The notes beneath the pieces were generated by a model. The model was not told the DNA's origin, made no database searches, and worked only from the letters and a program-made list of their open reading frames with translations. A stretch of DNA of 64,000 nucleotides. Source: Tubiluchus corallicola. Its lineage: Eukaryota > Animalia > Priapulida. The DNA is taken from assembly GCA_030141605.1 (NCBI GenBank), contig JAQGDQ010000110.1, positions 248,001 through 312,000 on the forward strand. Direction: 5' to 3'. Shown here piece by piece: positions 1-15,200 of this stretch; the first letter of the stretch is position 1; each line of letters starts with the position of its first letter. Position numbers and translations under genes: made by a program.

Positions 1-222
1 ATCGATGTTCAACGATTGTGATAAATTTAATTTATTCTTTGTTTAATGTAGAATATTTTTTATAAACAGCATGTTCAATTGTTAGATAGTTTGAAACAAA
101 TAAACTTTAAAACAAAACCTAACTAATTTTACACTTTACATAAAGATTACCAGATGTAATCTTGCAGAAATAATTTACTTTTTCGAAAAATCACAGTATT
201 ACTTTACACAAGCAAGCAATAA

Positions 223-3200
223 TCAAGCTCCGGAAGATGTCTGGTTATTTTCCACAGTAAGCAAACTAGCAGGAATTGATGACTGTACAGTAGCATCATC
301 ATCTAACTTGTCGTCCGATGCATGGGATGCTTTTACTAAGAGATCGCTGAGGTTGTAGACGCCAGGGGCGCTGACGCACACCTTCATGTTGACATATGAG
401 ATCTCATGCGGAAACAAGGATAGTTTATAGAAACATGGACCGCACCATAATAAATAATCTGAAGGTGCATTTATCGATGATCCCATGTTTGTACTGTTGT
501 CAGGAGTGCTGCAAGACAAATGAAAAACATGTAGACAACAACTTGGGGGGTACCATTGATAGCGTGCTCGCTTCCCACCCGAGAAGTCGAAGGTTCAACT
601 CCTTACGGAGTCATACCAAAGGCTTAAAAATAGTACTGCTGATTATTATTATTATTAAATGTATTATTAACTTTTTACCACTATTTGCTATGTAGGTGCA
701 AGGCCTTCGACAAAGTGACTAATAAATAAACCAGTGATGCGACACATGCAAACAAACTTACCGTGAATTGGTAGAAACACTCGCATACAGCTCCATATCA
801 CTGCAGTTACGAAGCATCAGTTTTACTGCAACTGTGCACAATCTATACAAATTGATAATAAATACATGTGAAAGGAGACAGATACCACAATTTTTCCATT
901 ACATGTTAGTTATAATAAAATTACTACAAGTGTGTTCCAAAACAGTGAAGTGGATATATGACAAAAAGCACCTGGACTTCGGTATGATGGCATAATGAAA
1001 AAAAATATTGCTCATTATTTTTTATGTTTGTTATATGAGTATTCCAATTTTCCTACCATATAGCTATTATATATATATATATATATATATTATTATTATA
1101 TATATTAGTATGACTACACTTATTAGACTTTGCACGGTGTAATATTGCAGTTGATAGCATTAGTTAGTAGGCTATTTCTTTTGGACTACCCTGCATGAAG
1201 AATGCAAAGATGCAGTTTTACAGCATTAGTTAGTAGGCTGTTTCTTTTGGACTCCCTGCATCATCAATGCAACGATGCAGTTTTAGGAGTTGGCGACAGA
1301 GCTCCCCGTGTTCTTGGTTTCTGAGATACATCTGCAAGTTTTGGGGTTTCATCATTTCAGAACGGATCATGATGAAATTCTGTAGGATGACAATATGACG
1401 TAAGAATTCAAAGATGGCAGCACAGACGTACGTTCAAAAATGACAGTTTGTACATTACCGAAATCTATAACGTACTCTTACATGTATGTAAAGCATACAA
1501 TGCTACACCTTATAAGATATTAAGAAAAAAACACAATTATACACTTACTGGCTCTTTTTGAAATTATGACGGACAACCGATGGGTGGATAACGTTGTATT
1601 GAACCAACTGTCGCAAAGCAAGTGATGGAATGTCTGTATCTTTTGCTTGCTTCATAATGGAAAATTGTTCTGTGGAAGACTAAAACATACAAATATACTC
1701 AGTTATAAACCTTCCAATACTTATGTACATTAATCATTGTCAACAAATTTTAGCTCTTAGTAGATAGGTATGTAAATTTAGTGCCATGAGCTAAAAGCCT
1801 CCTATAAAATTTCATGCATAAGTACGGGCAATTTGCCTACAGCATAGCTTAACAACACAGCAGTCAACGCATGCTCACCGATGATACTTTAGCAGGTATT
1901 GTTACAGGTAAGTTTAACATGTTGACCGGTACAAAAAGCTGACCAATTGCAGTACGACTTGTTCCCGCATCATCCACAATAAATGCCTGAAAAATTAGTA
2001 TCTTGTTAATTCATAATAGCATACTAATGTTTTGATATAAAATGGCAAGGAGATCTACAATAAAAGATAAAAGAAGCTTCAAGCAAAGGTAAAGATTGTT
2101 ATTGTAAGATTCCAACCCATTGTGAAATTGTTTTTTTAAGAAAATAGGACAAGATGTATTCTTGGCTATGATAGCCTTGCAATGCTAAAATTATATCAGG
2201 ATAGACACACAGCTCACAATCAAGAATGATCCACAAAAATGAAGACATTAAACTGGCTGAGGAGTTTAGAACTTATTCATCAATGTTTTTGTCCTTTTGA
2301 TGAGTCAGATGGAGGGAACGGAAAAACCATCCAGAAACACTCCACAGTGATCACCCCTCTAAATCCTAGCCAAATGCAGCTATATTTAACTTTGCAGTCA
2401 AAAGAGGCCGCGTTTATAATCAAATCTTTCTATACTGCCCACTTTGAAGCTCTAGAAAAAGTTTGTATTAAGCGAGCTTGGCATTATACAGACTTGTCTG
2501 TGCAAATACAGACATTAAAATATTTTTTTGCCAAAAATTTGGGCGTTAAATCAGTTTGACATTATAAAAGGGAGTTTATCTGGTGATATGGCTCAGCAAT
2601 CATGAAATTGGTCAATGTCTGTATCAGCAACACCTTAGTTTCTAACTGCCGGGAGTGGTTAATGTTTCAACCAAGACGCATGAAGAAAAACGATAAAAAA
2701 GCCAGGCTATCACAAAGTATTTGGAAAACAACCAAAAACTTTCACAATTTTTTTAAATAGCAATCTCTCTTTTTACGTATCTACAATCTGCAGTAAACTG
2801 CCAATATTGAAGTAAAAACGCTAGTATTTTGCATTTCACTTCCTTGACGGCAATCTAATGTTAAATTATTTAACACTTTATGAACATTAAAAAAGCTTTA
2901 AGAAACTCGTAACCATGGTGTTGTAGTGTCTTTCTCATCCTAAATGTGAACAACGCAAAAACGTACCTCCCAATGGACAATGAGATGAAGCCCTACATGA
3001 ACTGCTGACTGGATGCCGTTGTCGACAGAAGTAGAACTTTTATCCGATCCAGTAGCATTTACAGAATGGTGAAATACAGGAAACTCACCTTGCCTATCCT
3101 GTAAATGATTTACAGGATTACTTTTTCGTTAAAGTCATCCGTCCAAACAACACTGACAAAAACAAAGGAAAACGATTCTACGGCATGTGTAGCTAATCAT

Positions 3201-6200
3201 ATAGCAGACGTCAAAATAACAATTATTTAGAAATATTAATTTTGTGTCAGTCTTTGTAGCTTAATATTTAATGACTATTTAATTATTAATATTTAATGGA
3301 ATGTAGCATTTCAAATATCAGCTTATCACTACAAATATTTCGTTGTCATTACTTCAAGTACAGATAGTCAGTATTTTTAATATTGTAATTCTACATGCCA
3401 AGCTCGTTATTACATTGTAACGTAATTACAATACGTTAATTAACTTTATTATTACGTAATTACGTTATTACATAATAAGAGCAAAGCTTGTTACTAATGT
3501 AGATGGTTGTGGGAAGGATCAGAACCAGGACCCAATTTCATAAACCTGTCACTGACTTAACGATCTTGTTATTAATAATTAAAAAAAGTGAATGTAATAA
3601 CGACGACACTAACTTAGTGACGCCTTTGTGAAGCCAGCCCCATGTTTATAATCAAAGCCAGTCCACTAAAATTAACCAGTAAAGAAGGCGTCGGAAGCAA
3701 ATCAAAATGATTTTCGTAGGAGTCACACATCCACTTACGGACCAGGCTGAGCAATGCTTAATTTCAATAGTAAAGCCAATGCAACGTTCACTTAGATATT
3801 TTCTTCACCTGAGAAACTGCCAGATTTTAATTAAAGTTCGATAAATACTTCTCAAATAAATAATAAGTATATTTAAATTTAACGGTAAACAAAATTATTC
3901 CGCAAAAAACGTACCCTTCCTTCAGATTTAATAAGATTAGAAATACGAGGTCCGTTATTGTCACCTAAACAAAATTAACATTCATTTATAAATTTCAAAT
4001 GTTTTCTAACAATTTCTCTACCTTAATGTTTATCACTATTTGATGTTAAGAAATTTTATGCCACATTTTAACTTTCTAATTAAGTAAACTTGCCAGAATT
4101 TTGTAAGCTTTCTCATTATAAAAGTCTACTTAACGATAAAATGAATCAACTAGGCCTAATTTATAGTTATTACTTGAAGGCATCATAAGCCCTAATTATC
4201 GAGATAAAAATTTGGCAACATTAAAAAATAGTACCTGTTTCGCTGACCTCACTTCTGACCACTTTACAGCACAGGTTAATCTTTTCACCGGGATTCAGCT
4301 TCATTTCCATGGCTGGTAGCGGACCAATTGAGTGCAATGACCACTCTCTGCTCGTACATGAAACTTGTTTTAATCTAACCTCAGCTATGGATGCATCTTG
4401 TACCTGCAAAAACAAGTGGCATTGAAAATATACCCAAGATTTATAGTTACCCAATATAATTCTATTCTTTGTAGAAAGGATGGGCTCAGCAAAGTGCAGT
4501 CAAAGTGCCGAAGCAAACATGATTCAGTTTTAGGAATTTTCAGGAATTTCAGTAACAAATGCTCAAGGCATCCTATAATGGCTAGGCAACATCAAAATCA
4601 AGATAAAAAACATGTAAACCACGTAGACTTTTTATATGGAAAATTCCAGATCCAATCATTATAGAGCTATTTAGTCAATAATAAAAGCAAATACTGGTGC
4701 TACACAACTTTTTCCATCTCAGTAGATTGTAAATAATCAAGGACCTGTTGACAACACGTATTAAAATTCTAAATCTGTGTCTGACACAGCTAAAACAATT
4801 GCCAAACAAATGGTTATATATTACACGAAGTGTTGACCATGCTTCAAACACAAAACTTATACAATACAGTGCTTCCAGTTCTCAATGTGTGAATAAATGT
4901 TGACAGTAAGTTTGGCATTTTTACCCGATTGATATTATTTATTTGCAGCGAGAGTGCTAACGAGTCACTTTTGTCGCTTGATTGTCTAAATGCAGCACAG
5001 TCAATAGCTACCGACGGACTAACGGTTATCTCTGCTGTATGTCGTAAAACTCGGTGTCTGAAACAAAAGATAAGATTTGAAAAAATTCTGCAATATAAGT
5101 TAGTTTTAGCAAAAATTTGATTGGTGCACTAATGCTTTTGTTGAAAGCATAAAACAACCTGACTTAATTAAGCAGAAGCACATCAAAAGTATTCTTACCA
5201 TAGATTAACAGTTAATTTGAAATTCACTGTAACTGCAAAAGTCACACTAACTGTAGTCATAGTAACTGTAATAGTCACACACTATTGACTATTATTTTTA
5301 GACGTCGAAGACATACAAATGCCTATTGTAAAACTTTTAAAATTTTGTTATACATACTTTTTGATTTATTTATAGGTGATAATAAATTACGTTATGTTAC
5401 GTTAACTCACTAGAGAACTAAGGCAAATTATACTGCTTATTTAATTTTTGACATTTTGGTGAAGGAAATAGTTAAACCGCATAAAAATATACCATCAGGT
5501 CATTAACTTAATCTTTGTTTATTCTTAATAAAAGTTTTAGTTCCACCATAACTATCTACGCTGACTAAGCTCTCCTAAACAGTATTGGATTCCACCTTCA
5601 AAGTACTACACTATGCAAACAGACATTGTCATGCCTTTTCAACATAGCACTCACCTGAGTTTACTCATATGCTGTTGCTCCTGGGGTAGATAATAAAACA
5701 ACAGGTGTATCCGATGTGTCCCACTTGACCCAGGGCCATATAGCCACATGGGCAATCGAAGTCGTCCATCTGGTAAAAAGCCTTCCTTGGGCAGAGGTAC
5801 TTTAGCCACAAGAATATTACTGCAAGATCTGACATCAGTGTTGGCTGACACAGTCTCTTCCATGCCATTTTTGTCAAATTCGTCTGTTCCAAATGTGAAA
5901 AACAGGGGATGTGATGAGGCGACGTAGACGTCTTGTGCGGCGTGTTTACCAATATTGTGAAATTCAATGTCAATCTTCTTTACTTCACCGCAAAGCATAG
6001 CATGAGGGAAGCCATGGAAATATACCTGGTTGAAACACAAAATGAATTAAAGCAAGAAATCAAACTCCAAATTTAAATTATATTATCAAGAAGTTTCAGT
6101 TTCTGAAATGCGAACATATCGTGCTTGTCCTAAAGATGCACATGAAATAAAGCTCGTTTAAATTAAATATATAATATTAATGTCAAGATTATAATTAAAG

Positions 6201-9200
6201 ATAAGACAAACCCACAATTAATTAAATTCTGATACCAAACTTGAAAGTGGAGAATGTGGTGGCATAATGGTCTAAGGTGTCTGCAATGTAAACAGAAAGT
6301 CCGTGGATCAAATCCAGGCTGCATTCTAACTTGTACCAAAATTAAATTAACTGTGGCATGAACACCATAAGTATTTAAAACGACCGACAAATATGTCACA
6401 ATTCATCTACAAGACGAGCTAATTATTACTGAACTAGCCAAACAAAAGCATCACATTCTGCACTATACAATGTGCATAAAAATAAGAGGTATACATACCT
6501 GTAGACAAGGCATAGGATTGACAACGAGGGGATCTAAACGTCGGTCTTGTGCATAAGATTTGCTGGCCTTCTCAGCCTTTGTGTTATTTAATCGGGGTCC
6601 TTGTACCTACGCAATACAATATAACTTAGAAGAAATAAATAACATTTGAACAATGTCTATATTATGTTGTCTTCTTGTATTATTGTCATTCAATCAACAC
6701 ATTGTACAGTATGCAATATTCTAGGAGAAGCCAAAAACTTTGTGGACAACTTTCGTAAACAACCTGACTATTATTATAAGCAAAATTACAAGTTAATTAT
6801 TTCCAATTTTTCAAAAAATCAGGTTCAAATTTTTGCCGAGCAAATAAGTCACATGTCACATTTTTGAAAGTTTTTAATCAGATGTACACAGATTAAGCTG
6901 CATCGCTTAATTCTAAGGCAATGCTTTGCTATTAAAATCACGTGCTAACATGGATGTTATTTTTGTTTCGTTTTAATTACTGGCATTGAATGATTATATT
7001 ATTTTTGCCATAATTTATAATTACTTCTAAGCTTTGCTTCCCACGTATGCTCACGGCACGACCTACTCCAAGTTTGGCTGCGACAGGTGCAGTAATTCCT
7101 GGACCAGGAGTTTCTTCACTATTTGACTGTGTCCCGAGATTATAAGCCACTCCTACAATGTGCAGCTTTCCCTTTTTATGAGGTACCAACTTGAGTATAA
7201 TCTGAGTAAATACAAACGAGTCACTCACAAATTTGCTTTAATAACTTTTACAACCCAAGCCAATCAATCAATTCAAATTATGAAGTTTTATGAAAAAATG
7301 AAAAGGAAAGAAAATGACAAAAAGACATACAGGTATTTGTTAATTTGTTAATTAACTGTTACATATTGTGAAGATTATTATTTATTATTACTGGCGTTAC
7401 CCCAACTTTTTAACATTTCTGAATTGTGAATTTATAACATCATTGATTGCTTATGTTAAAAAAACGAAATTCCATCTGAAAGACATTATTTTCCAATACT
7501 GGGTTAATTATTGCATCAAAATATTGTCAAACATTCAACAACGAAATATCAGCAGCAACAACAACAAAGACAACCATTATTTTGGAAGGCAACAATAAGA
7601 TGTCAGCTACTAAGATTTAACACCATATTAGTAATTCACAGTGACAAAGGTCACAAAAAGCTGAAACTTCCAAGGCCAGTAACAGAAGTCAATGCCAACA
7701 CCGATATGACAATTTTCACAAACAATAAAAGAGAAATAAAAAATACCAAAAGTAAACAGCAGAAAATGAAGCCAGCCAATAAACAAGTGAGAGCTCATAT
7801 ATTTGCTTTCGTACTTACTGGTCGGGTCTCTAAGGTGTCCAACACAATTTGGCTTATTACCTCAGTACTAATGCTGGCTTCCGATTCCTACAGTTCGAGC
7901 AAATAAACCACAAAATAATATTGATGCATAAATTCCGTTTTAAATCAAACGCACACAACACGCTTATAACCTAACAAGTAACAGTGTAATGTAGAATCAT
8001 ACTAAATATCTTTAATTGTTTTTCAAAGTGACCTTTCCTATCTTTAGCATTATTCGTCAACCTGATTATACAAGTCAATGCAAGGAGTCGGGCTACTAGT
8101 TTATGCAACAATAAAAAACCAAAAATAGCTAAAGTTATTGATAACATGAATTTTTTTAGACTACAATGCATAGTTCTCTGCAATGCAGTGATAGACTAAT
8201 ATTAATACCCCAAGAAATCAAAATTAATCAATCATAAGCTATAATATTTTAACATGAAGCTGCTTCTAACTCACCTCAGTGGGTCTGTTCTCATTGCTAA
8301 TGGGATTGGAATTACCTGGTGCACAAGTCCATAAAAGGCAAATATCACTTAAGACAAGCGGTATTTGTAGAGGATTCTGTAGTTGTAGTTCCACATAAAT
8401 TGTTTCTGAAGTGGCAAAATAAGTTTATAAACAATAAACCATGAAACACAGAATAGTAATATAATGTAAAACTTATTTATATAGCGCACTACATCATTTT
8501 AAATCTCAGCACGCTGAACGATAAGATACATTTGATATTCATCAGAAACATAAAATTTAAAAGACATCAAAGATTAAAAATAATTCATCATAAAAAGTGC
8601 AATTTAAACGAATGTGTTTTAAGATGTCGTTTAAGTCAGGTACAGCAACAGGTAAGTTATCCTAGAGAATGGAGCACAGAGAGAAAAAGCTTTTTCGCCA
8701 TAGAATACTGTATTAGGAAATGGGTGATGTAAATTAATTTGTTCATTAGCATTAATACAAAGTGTTCAGTATATGTTATGGCATAGCAGTAGTAGAAGTA
8801 GCAGTAGAATATCGACTAATACTTTGTTATGTTAACAGATCGAGTCACATATCATTATTTTGGTAATTCTATAGATTAGTCATGAATAACAAAGCAAGTT
8901 TGCAGTAAATGGATAATGATGAACAGGACACGGCACACAACATACACTAATGTATTATATATACACACGCACGCACACACACACACACATATACACATAT
9001 ATAACTTTGTATTATATTATACATACAATTAGTAGAAAAATTTGTATTAAAAAAACAACGAAAAATACCATCAATAACTGCGAGAGGGAAGTGTGTGTTT
9101 AACGTCTTGTTAGAAAAACACTGTCTGTTAGGATGAAAGTGTGGTAAGCTGCCTAACCCAGCATACAATCTAGCAAACACTGCATATTCTAGTTTGTCCC

Positions 9201-12200
9201 AGATCTCCATGTCCACATCATGTGTGTCGAACGTGGTACCAGTTATGCAAGTCTTTCCTGGTTCTGAGAATATTACAGAAGAAAAATTTAATCAAAAAAG
9301 TCGAAAAAGCACTCCAATCTTTGCATGATTCACCAACAGATGGCAGTAATACATGAAATGATGTAAAAAAAAGCTATAATGATGTGAAGAAATTTGAAAT
9401 CTGGTCTACCAAAACTTAATTTTACTAGATTATCTATTGCTAAAGAAGCTGAGGTATATCGCATCCAGACAACCAAGACAGTAGGTTAAATTTCACTCTC
9501 TTTCCAAAATAGTGGCAGAACAACCTATGAGCTACATAAGCAGATGTAGGCAGGGAAACAAGACCAATTAGATGAACAGAAACCACATCTATTAGAATCC
9601 ACTTCCACTGAAGATTTGGTTTATAGGTAATGCTAAAATTATTTCCTTAAAAAATCTTCAAAAAGTGCATTTCGGTCATAGTAAAAAATAAGTACAAAAG
9701 AATAATTATAAGCATTAGCTGGTGCAACAGGAAGTTTCCTAAGGATGCCAACAGGCCGAGTTCACATCCAGATGTCAGTTCAGATAAGGATAGCTACAAA
9801 AAAAATTGTTTTTGTTTTACCGCATGAGCTCAAAAGATGTCAGTAGCGAGGGAGGAAACACTTTTTAAAGCTTTGTGAATGTTTAAAACTGAATAATAGA
9901 ATATTTAAAATCAGTCGAAATCAAAGTTTGTTTATTTCCCACTGGCTAGCAGTAATGTTTTGATTTTTTTCAATGCACATTTTTTCATGCTTTGTTTTTT
10001 AGTTTAGCATTACTAAATTATCCTATAGTTATCGATTACTGTATAGTCTCTTTTTCGTATTATGAACATGAACGTTCTGATAAATATGATATGAGCGGCA
10101 ACACTACTCGGCCGTCAATACACCGATTTGACAGAAAATTCCATAATTTTAAGTCTACAATACAATGAGCATCATACAATACCGCAACCCTGGCTGAGAG
10201 TTAGCCGTGGAAAAACATGGCCGCGTCCTGCGTTCCCGGAAAAGAATGATGTTATAATAATATTTGACTGTTTAGGTTTTAAATTAAAAAATACTCTTTT
10301 ATATGAGTGCATCAAGTTAAGTATATGAACATACAAAACAAAAATTATAAAATTTCCCGCCGGGTGCACGATAAACAAATATTGTGTGGGCGATTAGATG
10401 AAAACAGAAGAATTTTTATTGTCAGCCTAACCAATACCTGTAGAATGTATCGGCAGGTTTCCCAACAACACCTTGATCGTAGAACTGATGATGGCAGGTA
10501 GTGCAAGCTGATCTAGTGTGCATGAACGTTCTGGTTCAGACTGGGCCAGCAACTGCTGAAAGTGAAATACAACTTTTGCTAGAACGATTATAGATGTAGT
10601 GAATCGTTCAAGTCACAGAACTTTCATTTCATTTAGGACTCACAAAGAGAAAATGGGGTCATAAATTCAATTTCACATTCAATCAGCATAAGCTGTAGAT
10701 AGGTAATTAACTACACTTAATTAATTATTATACATGCACAAACATTATACTTTATTATAACAATTATACAAGAAAAAAATCAACATTAGGTGTGGGATGG
10801 GGACCGTGGGGAGAGTTGATTGTTGAAGGGGTGCTACAGATACTTTTTCTAGAGCACCAAACTAACTACAGCTGGCCTGTACAACTACGGAAATAGCAGC
10901 CATTGCAGTAGTGTAACTATACCTTTGTGACCCCTCCCCCAAAAGATCCAGTGGGTCCTTATTATTTAAAGATAAAATTCCTGCAGCTATATTTGCGATT
11001 ATGTATACATTAGTGCTCCCAGTGGTTTTTCTTCACATCCAACAACCTTGTTACCCACAGCCCCCTGCAAGAGCAGGATCTATAGGTGCATAGTTACATC
11101 AACAGACCATTGTTCCATGCACATAATTAACACTATTACCTTATAAACAAAGAGGTATTCCCGCAGAAACGCTTGTTGCTGATTTGGAGGCTGGAGACTG
11201 TCATACGTCAGTAGATGTTTGAATGAATTAGCTGCATTCTCCAGCATTTTTAGATTGAATGACTGACGACCAATAGTAAAATTGATGTGATCTTCTGCTA
11301 GAGACCACTTACGACCTTTGTACACTTGCAGGGCATGACTGTACGCTCGTAATGCATGTTTTCTCTGAAACAAAACGAGGTTTACGACCTTTGTACACTT
11401 GCAGAGCGACTGTACGCTCATAATGCAGGTTTCTCTTTCTCTGAAACAAAACCAGGCATGTGAGCAAGGGTGAGAATCAAAGCTTTAATTGGAAGAAATG
11501 TTCGGGAAGTTTAATTGAAAACACGTGATAGAGAAAGTGCAACTAATTTCACATTACCAAATGATTTAATTCTAACACATTACAGGACATTTTTATGCAA
11601 TTCAGCATACTGCAAGCCAGGCATACTGCAAACCAAGCATACTGCAAGCCAGGCATACTGCAAGCCAGCATACTGCAAGCCAGGCATACTGCAAGCCAGG
11701 CATACTGCAAGCCAGGCACACTGCAAGCCAGCATACTGCAAGCCAGGCACGCTGCAAGCCAGCATACTGCAAGCCAGGCATACTGCACGGCAGCATACTG
11801 TAAGCCAGGCATACTGCAAGCCAGCATACTGCAAGCCAGCATACTGCAAGCCAAGCATACTGAAAGCCAGGCATACTACAAGCCAGGCATACTGCAAGCC
11901 AGGCATCCAACATTCAACGACAGATCTACTCAAACAGATGTTTTGGTAAAACCAAAGTCTGACTCATTATCAAGGATAACTTTCTACGATAATGATAATT
12001 CATTTTTAAAGCACACAGGTCAACAATTATTGTCATCAGATGTGCTATAAAACAGGTGTACAATAAGAATGACTGCAATAAAATATAAGTTTATGCGTGT
12101 TTGCATAGCAAAATCGTCCATAAGTCAGCAATTAAGCTTTTCTAGTTATTCACATATCCTCAATCACCATTTTATGAGGATCATTTTGATACCAAGTTCA

Positions 12201-15200
12201 TTGCTGTAAGTTATTTCTAAGCTGAGATAATCCACATTGAAGTTGAGATGCAGGCTGCATACTGAAAAACATAATCTTGAGAAAATCGCTGTTACAGTTT
12301 GCCATTGTTTTTTGCCGGGCTTCTACAAAAACACTTAGCAACTGTACAAACAGGTGGTTGCTATGGACTTTGCAAGAGCAGGGTGAAGTTATACTTAAAT
12401 CCAGTAAATGGCTCTTACTGACAAATATCTGGTCTTGTCAACAGAAAAAACCCAAAGCAAAAAGTATTCTTCCAAGAGATCAATCAGAATTTGAAAATAC
12501 AAGTTTTTTGCAATTGCAGTACTAGTTTCTAGCCAGAAAAATAGGTGAGGTTATAAAATAAAACTTTTAGTATTTTTTGAACATTTTCTTGATAATTAGA
12601 TGTTAGAATATAAAAATCCAATATATTTAGCATTTGTTTTTATAAAAAACAAAAAAATTGACATTTGACCAAATTTCTGGTGCATTCTACATTGAAGCAT
12701 CATAACATAGTTTTAACGATGCAGACTTATTGACGATTTTGGTTTGCAAGTACAAATAATAAAAATTCACAAGGCAACTAAGAAAATGATATACCAAAAA
12801 TAGGCTTTTAGTCTTACACCAATTAAATGTTACAGTAAAAAGAAAAGTTTTCAAGATTCATTCATGACTTTAGTTCATGATGAGCCAATGAACAGCCAGA
12901 AGTGAGTCAGGTATGTTCAGATTTTTTATACATCTTCTCCAGGCAGGATCAACAGACTGCCTTGAGCAAACAAAACCGAGTGGTCACAGGTAATTTACAC
13001 GAAACCTGCGCATGTAACCACCCAAATAAGAATCTTGCAAAATTATGGAAAATTAAAAGGCTAAAAACTTTTCAAAGAGTCAAAACTTCAAGAAATTTTA
13101 CAAAATTTGTTACTAGAGTTAATCAAAGAAATCAACCTGATCAATCAACTAATCACAAACCTGGCCAGCCTTGCTAAATCGATGTCCTGCTAAAATCATG
13201 TGGAATGCATACTTGCGCACCATTGGGCGAGGCATACGAATGAAACAGTGCGCTGCTTGTTCTAGTAACAATGCGCTCCTTAGATCAGATTCCTAAAAAC
13301 AGGAAAGCAAAAGTTATTGGTTTGAAAGAAGATAAGCAATTTCAAATTCATCAATGACATTTCAATATCGCAAAACAAACGGGAAAATGAGAAAAATCTA
13401 TAAGTTTATCTAAAATTTTTTGGCAAAAGTGATTATAAAGCATGACTCCCAAAAATGTTTACATGAATTTGACTAACAGGAAGATTTTAGTGACAAAAAC
13501 TGAACTATTAAATGATACTGTAATTAGCCTTTTGTTTCTGACTTTCAGTTCGTCAGTCTCTCTAACAAGTGGCCATTTTTATTTATTTATTTACATCAAT
13601 TAACACGGTTCATAAATAACTTACCTCATTAGTCATCCTAATGAACTGCATAGCTGCATCTCCGTGCATACCATAATATTTCAGTATTTCTGTAGACACT
13701 AACGTAGATCTTGCAGCAAAGTTTAACATCCTAAGAAAACAAAAACCTACAAAATTGTGCAGTGTACAACAGACTATTCTGTACTACATCTTATCTTTAT
13801 TTTAAATTACACGTTTCAATAGTTTAAATGTTACTTCCTATTTCAGACAAGCAATTGTAAAAAATAGATACTACTCACCCTTCACATGCCACCAAATAAA
13901 TGCCTGATACTCCAGCATATCATGCAGCGATTATAGCTAATAAAGAATTGACTTGAAAGGAGTTAATTTGACCTTAATTTTGAAAATTGTGGGTTTAGTA
14001 TTTGATGAAAACAGAAGAACATTTAATCAGTGATGCTATGGGAATGTTTTGACGACAATTGCTTAATGGGTGTGCTCTCAACTTACGCACACCACGTACC
14101 ATGGCACAGTACCACAGCACGCAACAAAAAAGTGACTTACTGTAGGTGTTTACTTATCCAACAAACACATTCACCAGTTTAAATAGCAGCATTTTTAAAA
14201 ATAAACAAAGAGAATGTACACACACATTGCATCTGGACTGTGTAACAGTGGGACATGCAACAATCCAATCACAGATTGCCTGAAACATCCAAAACCCTGT
14301 GCAGATCTTTCTTAAGCAAAAACCAATACTGACAGTTTGCATGGTATTGCATGAAGTGTTCGTTCCTTAAATGCTTTCATATGTTGAAAGGTACCAGAAA
14401 CAGGATTAGCATGTTCCATTGCCAAAAACTAAGCATTGCTTGCACGTACGCTATTTGTTCCAGCTTTTCTACATTTTTATAATTGCGACAAGTAGCACAT
14501 TGTACACAAGTTGTTTCTTCTCTATTTTTAAGCTGAAGTGACAAAACTGTTCATGAAAAAGAAAACATTTCTTAGGAAGAATGAAATTTTCACACTTACT
14601 TGCACATGTTTGAGTAAGTATTTATTGCACTGTCAACGTAATGATGAGGATATTGTCGCTGACTGCTCAAGCCTAGCATAAAAACGGAAAGTGCTGCCAT
14701 CTCCTGCAGCAATAAAACAACAAGTTAACTTGGGCCGCTTTCTCATGAATCAGCATAAAACTTCAACAAACTTTCTATCTACTTGCTGAAAATTATGAGT
14801 AAAAAAGTTACACTAATACTTACACTTCATTTGCACATCGTCTTAGTATTGTATTGAACAAAGTTCAATAAACGATTTAACATTGGGGTGTTGGATATCA
14901 GCCTTTGTAATGAGATATTTATATTGGCGTAAAATTTTTTTAACAAAATCTTTAACATATGACTGACAACAATCCAAGCGGCAGCTGAATGCAACCTGTT
15001 TGAATACAATTACTAAAAAAGCCAGGTGATATTAAAATAATACAGGTAAATGGCTTATGCAAGTTAACTAATTATATAAAAAACAACTATAACTCATATT
15101 TACTTAGAACTATTTTTTTAAACAATTAACTTTAAATTACTATTTGTTTTTATCGCAGGCACTGCCATACTTAATGCGCGGACACACTCAACGTCTTGCG

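Noticed and set aside
11515-12050. Five overlapping 100-150 aa ORFs
   Set aside because: Artefact of the stop-poor minisatellite inside a TRAPPC8 intron.
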